A stretch of DNA of 19,250 bases, from positions 1 through 19,250 of the forward strand of contig SDNY01000069.1 of assembly GCA_004524535.1 (NCBI GenBank), written 5' to 3'. The position numbers and the translations under genes were made by a program. The DNA comes from Promethearchaeota archaeon. GTDB taxonomy: Archaea > Asgardarchaeota > Lokiarchaeia > Sigyniarchaeales > SOKP01. The notes beneath the pieces are model-generated. The model searched no databases, was not told the DNA's origin, and worked only from the letters and a program-made list of their open reading frames with translations. Below are positions 7,300 through 15,965 of the stretch, one piece after another; the stretch's first letter is position 1; every line of letters starts with the position of its first letter.

Positions 7300-8715
7300 T
7301 TGAACTCTAATAATGAAACTTTTGAAGAATATATTCCAAGAAAATCTAAATTAGCTTTTGGTGCTCTTAACGCAGGTAATGGGGTTTTATCAGGAATAGC
7401 ATTTTCTACTATAACATTTTATTATAACGTGAAATTAGGTTTGGCGGCAGGATTTGTTGCATTAGCTTGGTTATTATTTGCCATTTGGAATACGATAAAT
7501 GATCCTCTTTTTGGTTATCTACAAGATCGTACAAAATCCAAATATGGAAGAAGAATTCCGTATGTTCGCTTTGGAGCTCCGATTATTGGGATTTTATTTA
7601 TTATTTGTTGGTTCCCTTTTGTTGATAGGACTGATGAATTCGGGCTCTTTTTAAATCTTTTAATTGTACTTTTATTATTTGATACATTATTTACAATAAT
7701 AGGCCTTATTGGCTTTTCCTTACCTGCAGAAATGGCCATTACACAAAAAGCTAGAACTGAGGTGGTGACTTATGGCGTAGTTCTCGGTGGCCTTGCATTA
7801 ATTTTCTCATTTATAATACCCGTTTTTCTTCTAACAGGTGATAAATCTACCAAAGTTAATCCAATGTTCTTAATTGCGATGATTTTCATTGGAATAATAT
7901 GTGCTTTTATTATTTTCATAAGTAGCTTTTTCTTAAAAGAAAATCTTTATACTCAACTTGAAGAACCATTAGGATTTAAAGATACTATAAAAGAAACCAT
8001 TAAAAATAAACCCTTTTTAAGATATGAAATTAGTAATTTTTCTTTTCTACTTGCTCAAACAATTTTTACAACGGGTATATTTTACTATATTGATTATGTT
8101 TTAAATATAAGTGGATATTTAACGATGGTCCCTCTCTTGCTTGTTTTTTTAATGGCATTCATCTTTACTCCCATTTTCGCCAAATTGTCGGGAAAATATG
8201 GGTTAAAAAAAGTATATATATTTGGCCTTGCATTTACTGGTATAATTTCTATCAGCTTCTTTTTCTTAGGTTGGTCTTTATTAACTGCAATCATTCCATT
8301 GCTTTTATTAGGGATTGGTTTTTCTGCGTTACTTCTTTTAAGACCAGCGATAATGGCTGATGTTATTGATTTTGACGAAACTCGTACTGGGAAGCGTAGA
8401 GAAACGAGTTATGGAGGAATGAATGCTGTAATTGAAAAACCAGCAGTCTCAATTGCAAACTGGATGTTTTTATTTGTGATTGTATATTTTGGCTTTCAAG
8501 CAAAAGCACAAACACAAGGCTTTCAAGCAAAAATGGGGATAATGGTAGCATTAACATTAATACCTGCGATATTTGTTCTGTTTAGTGCATTTATTATGAA
8601 ATTTTTCCCTTTAGATGGTCCGGAATGGAATAAGCAAAAATCAGAACTTAAAAGAATACACTATGAGAAGGAAAAAGAATATATCAAACATCTAAAAGAA
8701 CAAGGGAAAATTTAA
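7300..8715 (+). CDS. MFS transporter, GPH/MelB-like (MFS_2) family
   Basis: About 12 hydrophobic segments; IWNTINDPLFGYLQDRTKSKYGRRIPY; MADVIDFDETRTGKRRE. TTG start with GAGG upstream. Confidence 0.9.
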   Translation: MNSNNETFEEYIPRKSKLAFGALNAGNGVLSGIAFSTITFYYNVKLGLAAGFVALAWLLFAIWNTINDPLFGYLQDRTKSKYGRRIPYVRFGAPIIGILFIICWFPFVDRTDEFGLFLNLLIVLLLFDTLFTIIGLIGFSLPAEMAITQKARTEVVTYGVVLGGLALIFSFIIPVFLLTGDKSTKVNPMFLIAMIFIGIICAFIIFISSFFLKENLYTQLEEPLGFKDTIKETIKNKPFLRYEISNFSFLLAQTIFTTGIFYYIDYVLNISGYLTMVPLLLVFLMAFIFTPIFAKLSGKYGLKKVYIFGLAFTGIISISFFFLGWSLLTAIIPLLLLGIGFSALLLLRPAIMADVIDFDETRTGKRRETSYGGMNAVIEKPAVSIANWMFLFVIVYFGFQAKAQTQGFQAKMGIMVALTLIPAIFVLFSAFIMKFFPLDGPEWNKQKSELKRIHYEKEKEYIKHLKEQGKI

Positions 8716-8735
8716 ATTTATAATTTTTATTGTTT

Positions 8736-10133
8736 CTATCTTTGTTCTGTCCCTACTATTGGAACTTTCTGAAAGATGATTACAGCAATTAAGATTAAGC
8801 CACTGCCAACTACAGATATTATTAACGCGTAGGAAATTGGTGATTCTGGACCAAATAATTGCAGGATAATTGATACTATTAGCATAGAAAGAGCAGCGGC
8901 GAGCGATCCTATCATTATAAATGCCCCCGAATATGTTCCGCTCAATGATTTTCCATCAGCTTTCGATTCAGCAGAATCAATAAGATCTCCCATTATTGCA
9001 AATGGGAATGTCATCGTTCCAACCAAACTGCAAAAACAGAGGCATATTATAGCGACGCCAAATATAAACGTTAATTGATGCGTCATTGGTATAATCAAGA
9101 TTAATATAAGAGAGAACGATATACTAGAAAAGATTAAACAAATAGTGAATGTCTTCTTCAGCGAAAATTTCTGCGAAATTTTTTGCCAGATTACAAATGA
9201 AAAGATAGTTGAAATAAATCCAATCAATATCGCAATTAAAAATTCGATACCTCTTAAATCCAATACAAATGTAGCTAAATTTACGGCTAAAAATTGAAAA
9301 GCCATAAAAGGGACCCAAAATATAAAAAATGTAATTAACCATCTTCTATAATTTCTATCTTTTAAAGGCTTAGAAAGCCCTCTTAAAATGTCTTTAAATC
9401 CTGTGTGCTCTCTATTCGTCTTCTTCGGTTCTTTTATTATAAGCATCATCAGAGTCATAAGTACTAAGAAAAAGATTCCAATTAATATTACAAATAACAT
9501 AATTTGAGAATATATTGCTTGACCGGAAGCAGAATTTTTATAATATAAATTAGGATCTTCTCTCGAAAGATTTTGAGTTGCATTACTCATTAGAATGAAG
9601 GGACCAATTATCCCTATCACTATTCCTAAGATCGTCATTAGCATATTAATCATGCTAACTTTAACTCTATTTTTTTCGTCAGTGCTGAGTTCTGGAAAGA
9701 GAGCTAACATTGAAGATTGAAAAGCTCCAATCATCATTCGAAATGAAAATGAAAAAATTAAAAACCAAATTATTAATGGAAGATAAATTTGACCGTATTT
9801 TGTATCAGGGATCGGTGGCATCCAGATAAATATGAAGGCAATCGCCATCACCGGTCCAGAAATTAACATAACTTTCTTTTTTCCGATTTTATCTGCTATT
9901 GCCCCACCTATTATACACATCATTGCATAAACAACTAATCCTGCTGAAAAAATGCCCCCTACTACAATTGGGGGTTGCCCCATAATGTTGATATAAAAAA
10001 GAAGAGTAAAACTTACCGCTATTGCTAAAATTGCCTGCAACCCTGCATTTGGTAAAGTATAAGCTACTGCTTGTCCTGTTGATAATATTTTATGCTCAAA
10101 AAGAGTTTTATCTCCTTCAGATTTTTCAGTCAT
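8736..10133 (-). CDS. MFS transporter, GPH-like family (divergent)
   Basis: About 12 TM segments; GAIADKIGKKK (motif A), ALFPELSTDEKNR, AIMGDLIDS..SLSGTYSG. Confidence 0.85.
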   Translation of the reverse strand: MTEKSEGDKTLFEHKILSTGQAVAYTLPNAGLQAILAIAVSFTLLFYINIMGQPPIVVGGIFSAGLVVYAMMCIIGGAIADKIGKKKVMLISGPVMAIAFIFIWMPPIPDTKYGQIYLPLIIWFLIFSFSFRMMIGAFQSSMLALFPELSTDEKNRVKVSMINMLMTILGIVIGIIGPFILMSNATQNLSREDPNLYYKNSASGQAIYSQIMLFVILIGIFFLVLMTLMMLIIKEPKKTNREHTGFKDILRGLSKPLKDRNYRRWLITFFIFWVPFMAFQFLAVNLATFVLDLRGIEFLIAILIGFISTIFSFVIWQKISQKFSLKKTFTICLIFSSISFSLILILIIPMTHQLTFIFGVAIICLCFCSLVGTMTFPFAIMGDLIDSAESKADGKSLSGTYSGAFIMIGSLAAALSMLIVSIILQLFGPESPISYALIISVVGSGLILIAVIIFQKVPIVGTEQR

Positions 10134-10308
10134 AACTTTTTCCTAATTAAATCGCTTTATATGTAAACTATAAATTTAATCCTTAAATATTAATTTAATT
10201 ATTCTCTCAAATATAAATTTAAATCGATATATGGGGAAAGTTATTCCTTAAGCCTTTTTAAATCAAATCAATTTTATTTTTTTAGAACAAATTTGAGTGA
10301 TAAAAAAA

Positions 10309-11001
10309 ATGACACAAATGAGTAAAATTTTATTTGGGTTATTTCTGGTATCATCATTCATATCTGGATTTATGATATATAATGTTGAAGATGTAGCAGC
10401 GGCAAAAGACGATGAGAAAGTTGATATAGATGATGGTAAGAGAATTCAATATTTTGTAATGGCTGAAAATCAAATAAGGTTTCGTTTCGAGGAAAAAACA
10501 AGGGTAACGTTCGAAGCAAATAAACCCGCAAATTTGGATATAAAATGTGATGGTGAAAGAATCGGAGATAAAGATTTTGAAATTGAAGTCGAGGCTGATA
10601 GAGCTTTTAATATGACAATGAACTGTAAAGAAGAACAAAATACAAAGGGACTTAGAGAAGGTAATATTATTGAAGCACGTAATCGCGTACGATATAGGTA
10701 CCAAGAAGGTTTTGTTGCCGATATTGAATGTACGGAAGATTGCGACGCAAAATTAAGGATTCAAGAAACTGATCAGAATAGAGGAGGTACATGGGCTTAT
10801 TATGACGAAGAAGATGAGGAATGGGTTCCTGTTGAAACAACTAGTGAAGATGGATATTTAGAATGTGAAACAGATCATTTTTCAACTTGGACTGTATTAG
10901 TACCTGAGACAGATTACACATTAATAATTTTGATTGGAGTTGGAATCGGAGCTGCAATCTTAATTGGGGCTGCTGTTATAATAATAAAAAGAAGAAAATA
11001 A
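10309..11001 (+). CDS. Single-pass surface protein with beta-rich ectodomain and juxtamembrane H-F-S (GPS/GAIN-like) motif
   Basis: N-terminal signal peptide (KILFGLFLVSSFISGFMIYNVEDVAA); WAYYDEEDEEWVPVET...YLECETDHFSTWTVL; C-terminal TM helix plus KRRK. ATG 10309 preferred (GAGTGA upstream) over GTG 10297. Confidence 0.7.
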   Translation: MTQMSKILFGLFLVSSFISGFMIYNVEDVAAAKDDEKVDIDDGKRIQYFVMAENQIRFRFEEKTRVTFEANKPANLDIKCDGERIGDKDFEIEVEADRAFNMTMNCKEEQNTKGLREGNIIEARNRVRYRYQEGFVADIECTEDCDAKLRIQETDQNRGGTWAYYDEEDEEWVPVETTSEDGYLECETDHFSTWTVLVPETDYTLIILIGVGIGAAILIGAAVIIIKRRK

Positions 11002-11080
11002 AGACCAGAAATAATTTTTTTAATCAATATCTAAATTTTTTTTTTTATATTAAATTTATTAAAAAAAGGATTGATAATAG

Positions 11081-12358
11081 TTGGTATTTATATCAATAAC
11101 TAATAAATGGAAAAAACGTGGATTTTGTTTTTTACTTCTAATTATTATTCTTCTAGAATTTAGTATATTAATTTCTATGGGATTCGCAAGAAAAGACACT
11201 TATATTTCTGGATATTCAAAAAAAGGAGAAGTAAATCCTGGTGAATCAAAATCTTATCTTTTTTCGAATAATAACAGATTACAAATCAGTACAGATGTGC
11301 TTATTCATCTTGATATTGAATATGATAAAAAAATCGAAAATCGTGAAATATCTCTTGATATTAATAATAATGATCACAGTCATAATCCTCTCTCTCTCGA
11401 AATAAAATCAGAACGAAGTATGGAAAGTTTTGGATTATCAAAAACTCCAAAAGAACCAAAAAACGGAGATTTTGAGTTAAGATCTCAATATAACTGTATT
11501 TATCTTATAAAATCTAACTCATCAATTGAAAAAATAAAATTAGAATTCATAAAAGATAATAAATATGGTTTGGATCCCCTTATAGAATATTCAATAGCGA
11601 TATATGAAGAAGATGAAAATTCGTGGGAATTAGTAGATACGGAGGAAAAAGTTGATGAACCAAATTCAGAAACTTACTTGGCAGCTAGCATTAAAGAGCT
11701 TGAAGCAGATACTGACTATTATATTACAATTTACGAAGTGAGTTATTGGTCTTATGTATGGATATGGACATTAATCATATTTTCTATAGGAGTTATCTCT
11801 TTAGTAATTTTAATTTCAAAAAAGGATTATATTCATTATTTAAAGACAAGAACTACTTCATATTCCAAAGGAGCTCATCGTTTAACATTGGAAGAAGTTT
11901 TAGAAAACGAAAATCGAAATAAAATAATAGATTTAATATTAGAGGAACCAGGAATTCATTTTAATGAATTATTGAGGAAAACTGAGCTTGCAGCTGGAAA
12001 TTTAGTATGGCATCTAGATATATTAGAAACATATAGAATTATAGGAAAAAAAAGAATTGCGAATTATATTGCATATTTTCCCTATTATCAAAAAAATCCA
12101 ATTTCCAATATAGATCTAAAGCTCAGTAAAAGCAAATTATCATTAGAAATATTGGAAATGATTGAAAAAGAACCTGGAATTTGGAATAATTTAATAACTA
12201 AGAGATTGAAAGTAGATCATAAAACCACCTCTTATCATATAAAAAAATTGGCCGAGCTTGATTTAATCTATATAAAAAAGTCAGGCAGAAAAAAGAAAAT
12301 ATATCCCAATCTTGAATCAGATTACTTTATAAAAAAAAATCACAATGTTAACTCTTAA
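11081..12358 (+). CDS. Membrane-tethered transcriptional regulator: signal/TM, ectodomain, TM helix, tandem winged-HTH (COG3398-like)
   Basis: Hydrophobic N-terminus; second TM WSYVWIWTLIIFSIGVISLVILIS followed by KK; two wHTH repeats RNKIIDLILEEPGIHFNELLR..LVWHLDILE and EILEMIEKEPGIWNNLITKRL..TSYHIKKLAELDLI. Confidence 0.78.
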   Translation: MVFISITNKWKKRGFCFLLLIIILLEFSILISMGFARKDTYISGYSKKGEVNPGESKSYLFSNNNRLQISTDVLIHLDIEYDKKIENREISLDINNNDHSHNPLSLEIKSERSMESFGLSKTPKEPKNGDFELRSQYNCIYLIKSNSSIEKIKLEFIKDNKYGLDPLIEYSIAIYEEDENSWELVDTEEKVDEPNSETYLAASIKELEADTDYYITIYEVSYWSYVWIWTLIIFSIGVISLVILISKKDYIHYLKTRTTSYSKGAHRLTLEEVLENENRNKIIDLILEEPGIHFNELLRKTELAAGNLVWHLDILETYRIIGKKRIANYIAYFPYYQKNPISNIDLKLSKSKLSLEILEMIEKEPGIWNNLITKRLKVDHKTTSYHIKKLAELDLIYIKKSGRKKKIYPNLESDYFIKKNHNVNS

Positions 12359-12450
12359 CTATCTAAAGTTTTTAAATTATACCAGAGTTATTTTTTTTAA
12401 AAGAATGGATGCAAATAATATTAATATTTCAATAAGTTATACTTAAAATT

Positions 12451-12774
12451 ATGAAAAAGAAAGATCACGATAAACTTCCTATTGAAAATCAGAAGTTTCA
12501 AACCGTCAATTCAATACAGAATCATACGTCTAGCTACATTAATGATAAATTAAAAGAATTAGAACTTGTTGCTGATGAATTAATTAAATTTGCCATGTGG
12601 AGATGGGAAAGAAATCCAAAAGAAAAAGATATCATCTTAAAAGAAACTGAAGATTGGTTAAATCAAAGAATTGGGCACGGATCTATAGGACCCGCAACAG
12701 CTGCCGCTGGACCACTATTAAGAGAAAAAACAGAGGAATTAAGGGTATTATTTAAAAAAGATTTCTATAAATAA
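12451..12774 (+). CDS. Hypothetical helical protein (107 aa)
   Basis: ATG-started ORF filling the gap between co-oriented genes with protein-like composition; no family recognised. Confidence 0.6.
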   Translation: MKKKDHDKLPIENQKFQTVNSIQNHTSSYINDKLKELELVADELIKFAMWRWERNPKEKDIILKETEDWLNQRIGHGSIGPATAAAGPLLREKTEELRVLFKKDFYK

Positions 12775-12847
12775 GTTAAGAATTTATTTTACATTATAAT
12801 TGTTAAATTAATTATTATAAAACAAATAAATATTGAGCACATCTAGT

Positions 12848-13354
12848 ATGATAAATCCAAAAGACTTGTTAGATTTTTTTAAGGAAAGAAGAAGCATTCG
12901 AAGTTTTAAAGATACACCCATTCCCGACGAAGAGATCGAAATGATTTTAGAAGCGGGGAGAGCCTCTCCTTCAGCCTCTAATATACAACCATGGGAATTT
13001 ATTGTCATAAAAAATAAAGAAATAATAAGTAGATTGGCAAGTATTGCCCCATATGGGCGTTTTATTAGTCAAGCTCCTGTGGTTATAGCTATAGTAGGTA
13101 AAATCGATCAAAATCCTACTTGGTATATACAAGACACTACCCTGGTCTCTATGAATATGATGCTAATGGCCTGGGCTTTAGGTATTGGCACTTGTTGGAT
13201 TGGTTCCATAGATCGGGAAAAAGCGAAAACAATTTTAGGGATTCCAGGATATGATTTTCTTTTAACTGTTTTACCAATGGGCTACATAAGCGGAAATATC
13301 CCAAATCCAACTCCCAGGAAAGATATGGATAAAATTAAAAGAATAATTGAATAA
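12848..13354 (+). CDS. Nitroreductase family protein
   Basis: RRSIRSF, ILEAGRASPSASNIQPWEFIVI, NMMLMAWALGIGTCWIG, PTPRK. ATG 12848 preferred over TTG 12833. Confidence 0.92.
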   Translation: MINPKDLLDFFKERRSIRSFKDTPIPDEEIEMILEAGRASPSASNIQPWEFIVIKNKEIISRLASIAPYGRFISQAPVVIAIVGKIDQNPTWYIQDTTLVSMNMMLMAWALGIGTCWIGSIDREKAKTILGIPGYDFLLTVLPMGYISGNIPNPTPRKDMDKIKRIIE

Positions 13355-13858
13355 ATGTCTGTTGAAATAGTTATAATAGGAGATACTCATGCTCTTACTT
13401 TTGAAGAATTACCGAAGGAAATGCTGAAAGCTATACAAAGAGCAGATTATGTGATCCATGTAGGAGATTATACTTCTAAAAATGTCTTAGATGGTTTAAT
13501 AAGACTCAAGGGGCAGCAATTTAAAGGAGTATATGGTAATACCGATCCTCAAGCTATTAGAAATATGGTTCCATCTAAACAAATCCTTGAGATAAAAGGA
13601 AAAAGGATAGGAATTACTCATCCTGCTGTTGGAGGGCTTGAAAAATATACATTAAAAAGAGCAATGGCAAAATTCAGGAATAAAAATGTGGATGCCATAA
13701 TTTATGGGCATACTCATGAACCAGTTATTAAAAATCAAGGTAATATAATACTATTTAATCCAGGAAAAGGATATTTAGAAGATGGTCAATCAGCTTCATT
13801 CGGAATCATTACTATTGATAAGGAGATTAAGTCTAAAATCCAAGAAATTGGAGTTTAA
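13355..13858 (+). CDS. YfcE/MJ0936-type metallophosphoesterase (calcineurin-like)
   Basis: GDTH, HVGD, GNTD, ITH, YGHTH, NPG motifs; start codon abuts the nitroreductase stop (TAA-ATG), suggesting an operon. Confidence 0.9.
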   Translation: MSVEIVIIGDTHALTFEELPKEMLKAIQRADYVIHVGDYTSKNVLDGLIRLKGQQFKGVYGNTDPQAIRNMVPSKQILEIKGKRIGITHPAVGGLEKYTLKRAMAKFRNKNVDAIIYGHTHEPVIKNQGNIILFNPGKGYLEDGQSASFGIITIDKEIKSKIQEIGV

Positions 13859-13863
13859 TAACT

Positions 13864-15027
13864 TTAAAGGGAAATTATAACATCATCAAGTTCTTCAGGT
13901 GCCCGAGTGAGTTTCTTATTTCCATCATCTGTTATTATGACACTGTCAGAGTGCCTAAAACCACCTATGCCAGGTATGTAGATCCCAGGTTCAATACTAA
14001 CTACCATGCCAGGTTCTAGTTTCCGATCATATCCTTCAGCAATATATGGTGCTTCGTGACCGGTGATTCCTAACCCATGCCCCGTGCGGTGGATGATGTA
14101 TTCACCATATCCCCGATCAGTTATGAGTTTCCGCACTGCTTTATCAATCTCACTCATTACAATCCCAGGCTTTGCAAGTTCATATGCTAAAGCCCTGGCT
14201 TCAAGCATGACTTCGAATGGAGACTTTGCTTTTTCAGGAATAAATCCTAAAAAAAAAGTTCTTTCAACCTCAACTCCGTACCCATCTATTTGACCACTCA
14301 CAATTGAAACATGAGGTCCTCCATCTTCCATCTCTTGAAAAATAGTTGGAACTTTATGAGGATCGTGAGAGATTTCTGGTGGCCAAACAGCTCCTACAAC
14401 TCTAGTAACTATCATATTGGCATTAGGAAGATCTGCTACTATTTTCTTTATCATTGCGCCAGTGGTTTCTTGGTATATAGCAAATTCCAATACCCCAGGC
14501 CTACAAACCTTTAATAAGACTTTATGACCCTTATTTACTACACGGCAGGCATGAATAGTTCGCCCAATCTCATAATCAGATTTTATAAGGCGCACCTCTT
14601 CGATAATATCAGTGATGATTTTTTTTCCAGGCGTTTTTTCAGCAATTCCAATAGGCATGGCTGATTCTATTCCGACACGGGCGTTATCCTCAATTAGAGT
14701 GCGATAATGGTCATACCAATTTTTTCCCTCAGGAGCAGGAAATTCATAATAGCTTATATAATCTAATTCGCACCGAGCTCGTGTCTCAACATGAACTTTT
14801 TCTAATAAGGGGACCAACATTTTTGGAGTGCCCCCTTTTGAAATCACCATAATAAAAGGACGTTCATGAATATAATTAGCAAAATTGGTAAGGTAATATA
14901 TATTTACAGGATCGAATGAGACATAATAATCTAAATTTTGTTGATCCATTAATACCCTTAGCTTTTCCAAGCGGTTAGATAATTCTTCTTGGCTTGGTGG
15001 TGTAGTAATAGACTTAAGTTTACTCAT
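13864..15027 (-). CDS. M24 (pita-bread fold) hydrolase, Xaa-Pro peptidase/creatinase superfamily, with a non-canonical metal site
   Basis: Creatinase_N-like start (NRLEKLRVLM..NIYYLTNF), RLIKSDYEI, HRTGHGLG..HE, SIEPGIYIPGIGGFRHSD. Confidence 0.85.
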   Translation of the reverse strand: MSKLKSITTPPSQEELSNRLEKLRVLMDQQNLDYYVSFDPVNIYYLTNFANYIHERPFIMVISKGGTPKMLVPLLEKVHVETRARCELDYISYYEFPAPEGKNWYDHYRTLIEDNARVGIESAMPIGIAEKTPGKKIITDIIEEVRLIKSDYEIGRTIHACRVVNKGHKVLLKVCRPGVLEFAIYQETTGAMIKKIVADLPNANMIVTRVVGAVWPPEISHDPHKVPTIFQEMEDGGPHVSIVSGQIDGYGVEVERTFFLGFIPEKAKSPFEVMLEARALAYELAKPGIVMSEIDKAVRKLITDRGYGEYIIHRTGHGLGITGHEAPYIAEGYDRKLEPGMVVSIEPGIYIPGIGGFRHSDSVIITDDGNKKLTRAPEELDDVIISL

Positions 15028-15163
15028 TATTTTTTATTACCTCCTATTACTAAGACATTAATTATTACAAGTGACAAAAATTTATTAAATATTTCTTAGA
15101 TATAACGAATAGAAATAAAATATTAACAACTTTAAAATAATTATTTTAATTTGATGTAATTAT

Positions 15164-15910
15164 ATGGTTATTGAGGTTGAATTAAGCGAAACAGGGCATC
15201 TCTCTGGTATCCTTGGAGTTTTTGCTATATGCGTAGCGTTCCTGTTAGGCGGAATTGTTCTATATAAAGCGATTAAATTAAAACAAAAGATGCTTTTTTA
15301 TTTCTTTTTAACAGTCTTTTTTACAATCAGTCCGTGGTACTCTTCTGGATTTGGCTATATTTTTTTATTAATTACTAAAAGTACTCTTGATTATCGGTTT
15401 TATGTTTTGCTCGGAACGATTTTTATTCCCATTGCCATCCTTGCGTGGCTAACAATATACATGACAGTTATATTCCCCAAAAAAAAGAATTTTATTCTGA
15501 TTTCTTATGCCATCTTTTCAATTTTCTTTTACATTTATCTGATTTTATTCCTTTACACTGTTCCAGGAGCTCCAATAGAGAGCATGGTTGGAATTAAAAG
15601 AACTCCTATTGATATTGAATATAGCGGTTTTGTTTTTATTTATCTGGGATTAATGATAGCAACTGCTGTTCTTACAGGTATCCATTTTTCCATTATTTCT
15701 TTAAAATCAGATACAATTGAAGTTAAATGGAAAGGTAGATTTTTATTAAGCGCTTTCATTTCTTTTGGAATTGGAGCGATCGCAGATGGGCTACTTAATT
15801 TATCTCTCCTTTTTTTATTTATCTTCAGAGTAATCCTACTGGTTTCAGCAAGCCTTTTTTATATAGGATTTATAATGCCAAAGTGGATGAAAAAAATCAT
15901 TAAGATATAA
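15164..15910 (+). CDS. Seven-transmembrane protein of unknown function
   Basis: Seven hydrophobic segments by eye; Lys-rich loops after TM1, TM3 and TM5; basic C-terminal tail PKWMKKIIKI; no soluble output domain. Confidence 0.7.
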   Translation: MVIEVELSETGHLSGILGVFAICVAFLLGGIVLYKAIKLKQKMLFYFFLTVFFTISPWYSSGFGYIFLLITKSTLDYRFYVLLGTIFIPIAILAWLTIYMTVIFPKKKNFILISYAIFSIFFYIYLILFLYTVPGAPIESMVGIKRTPIDIEYSGFVFIYLGLMIATAVLTGIHFSIISLKSDTIEVKWKGRFLLSAFISFGIGAIADGLLNLSLLFLFIFRVILLVSASLFYIGFIMPKWMKKIIKI

Positions 15911-15965
15911 AAATCAGTAAATACTTAACCACATTTTCTCTCGAATTATATCTTTACGGGATTTA

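Noticed and set aside
13355-13858. Vps29 (retromer) eukaryotic-signature call
   Set aside because: It keeps the full metal-binding motif set of ordinary prokaryotic YfcE/MJ0936 phosphoesterases and is coupled to a nitroreductase; nothing specific points to Vps29.
15164-15910. Rhodopsin or true GPCR call for the 7TM protein
   Set aside because: No retinal-binding Lys in TM7 and no DRY or NPxxY motifs.
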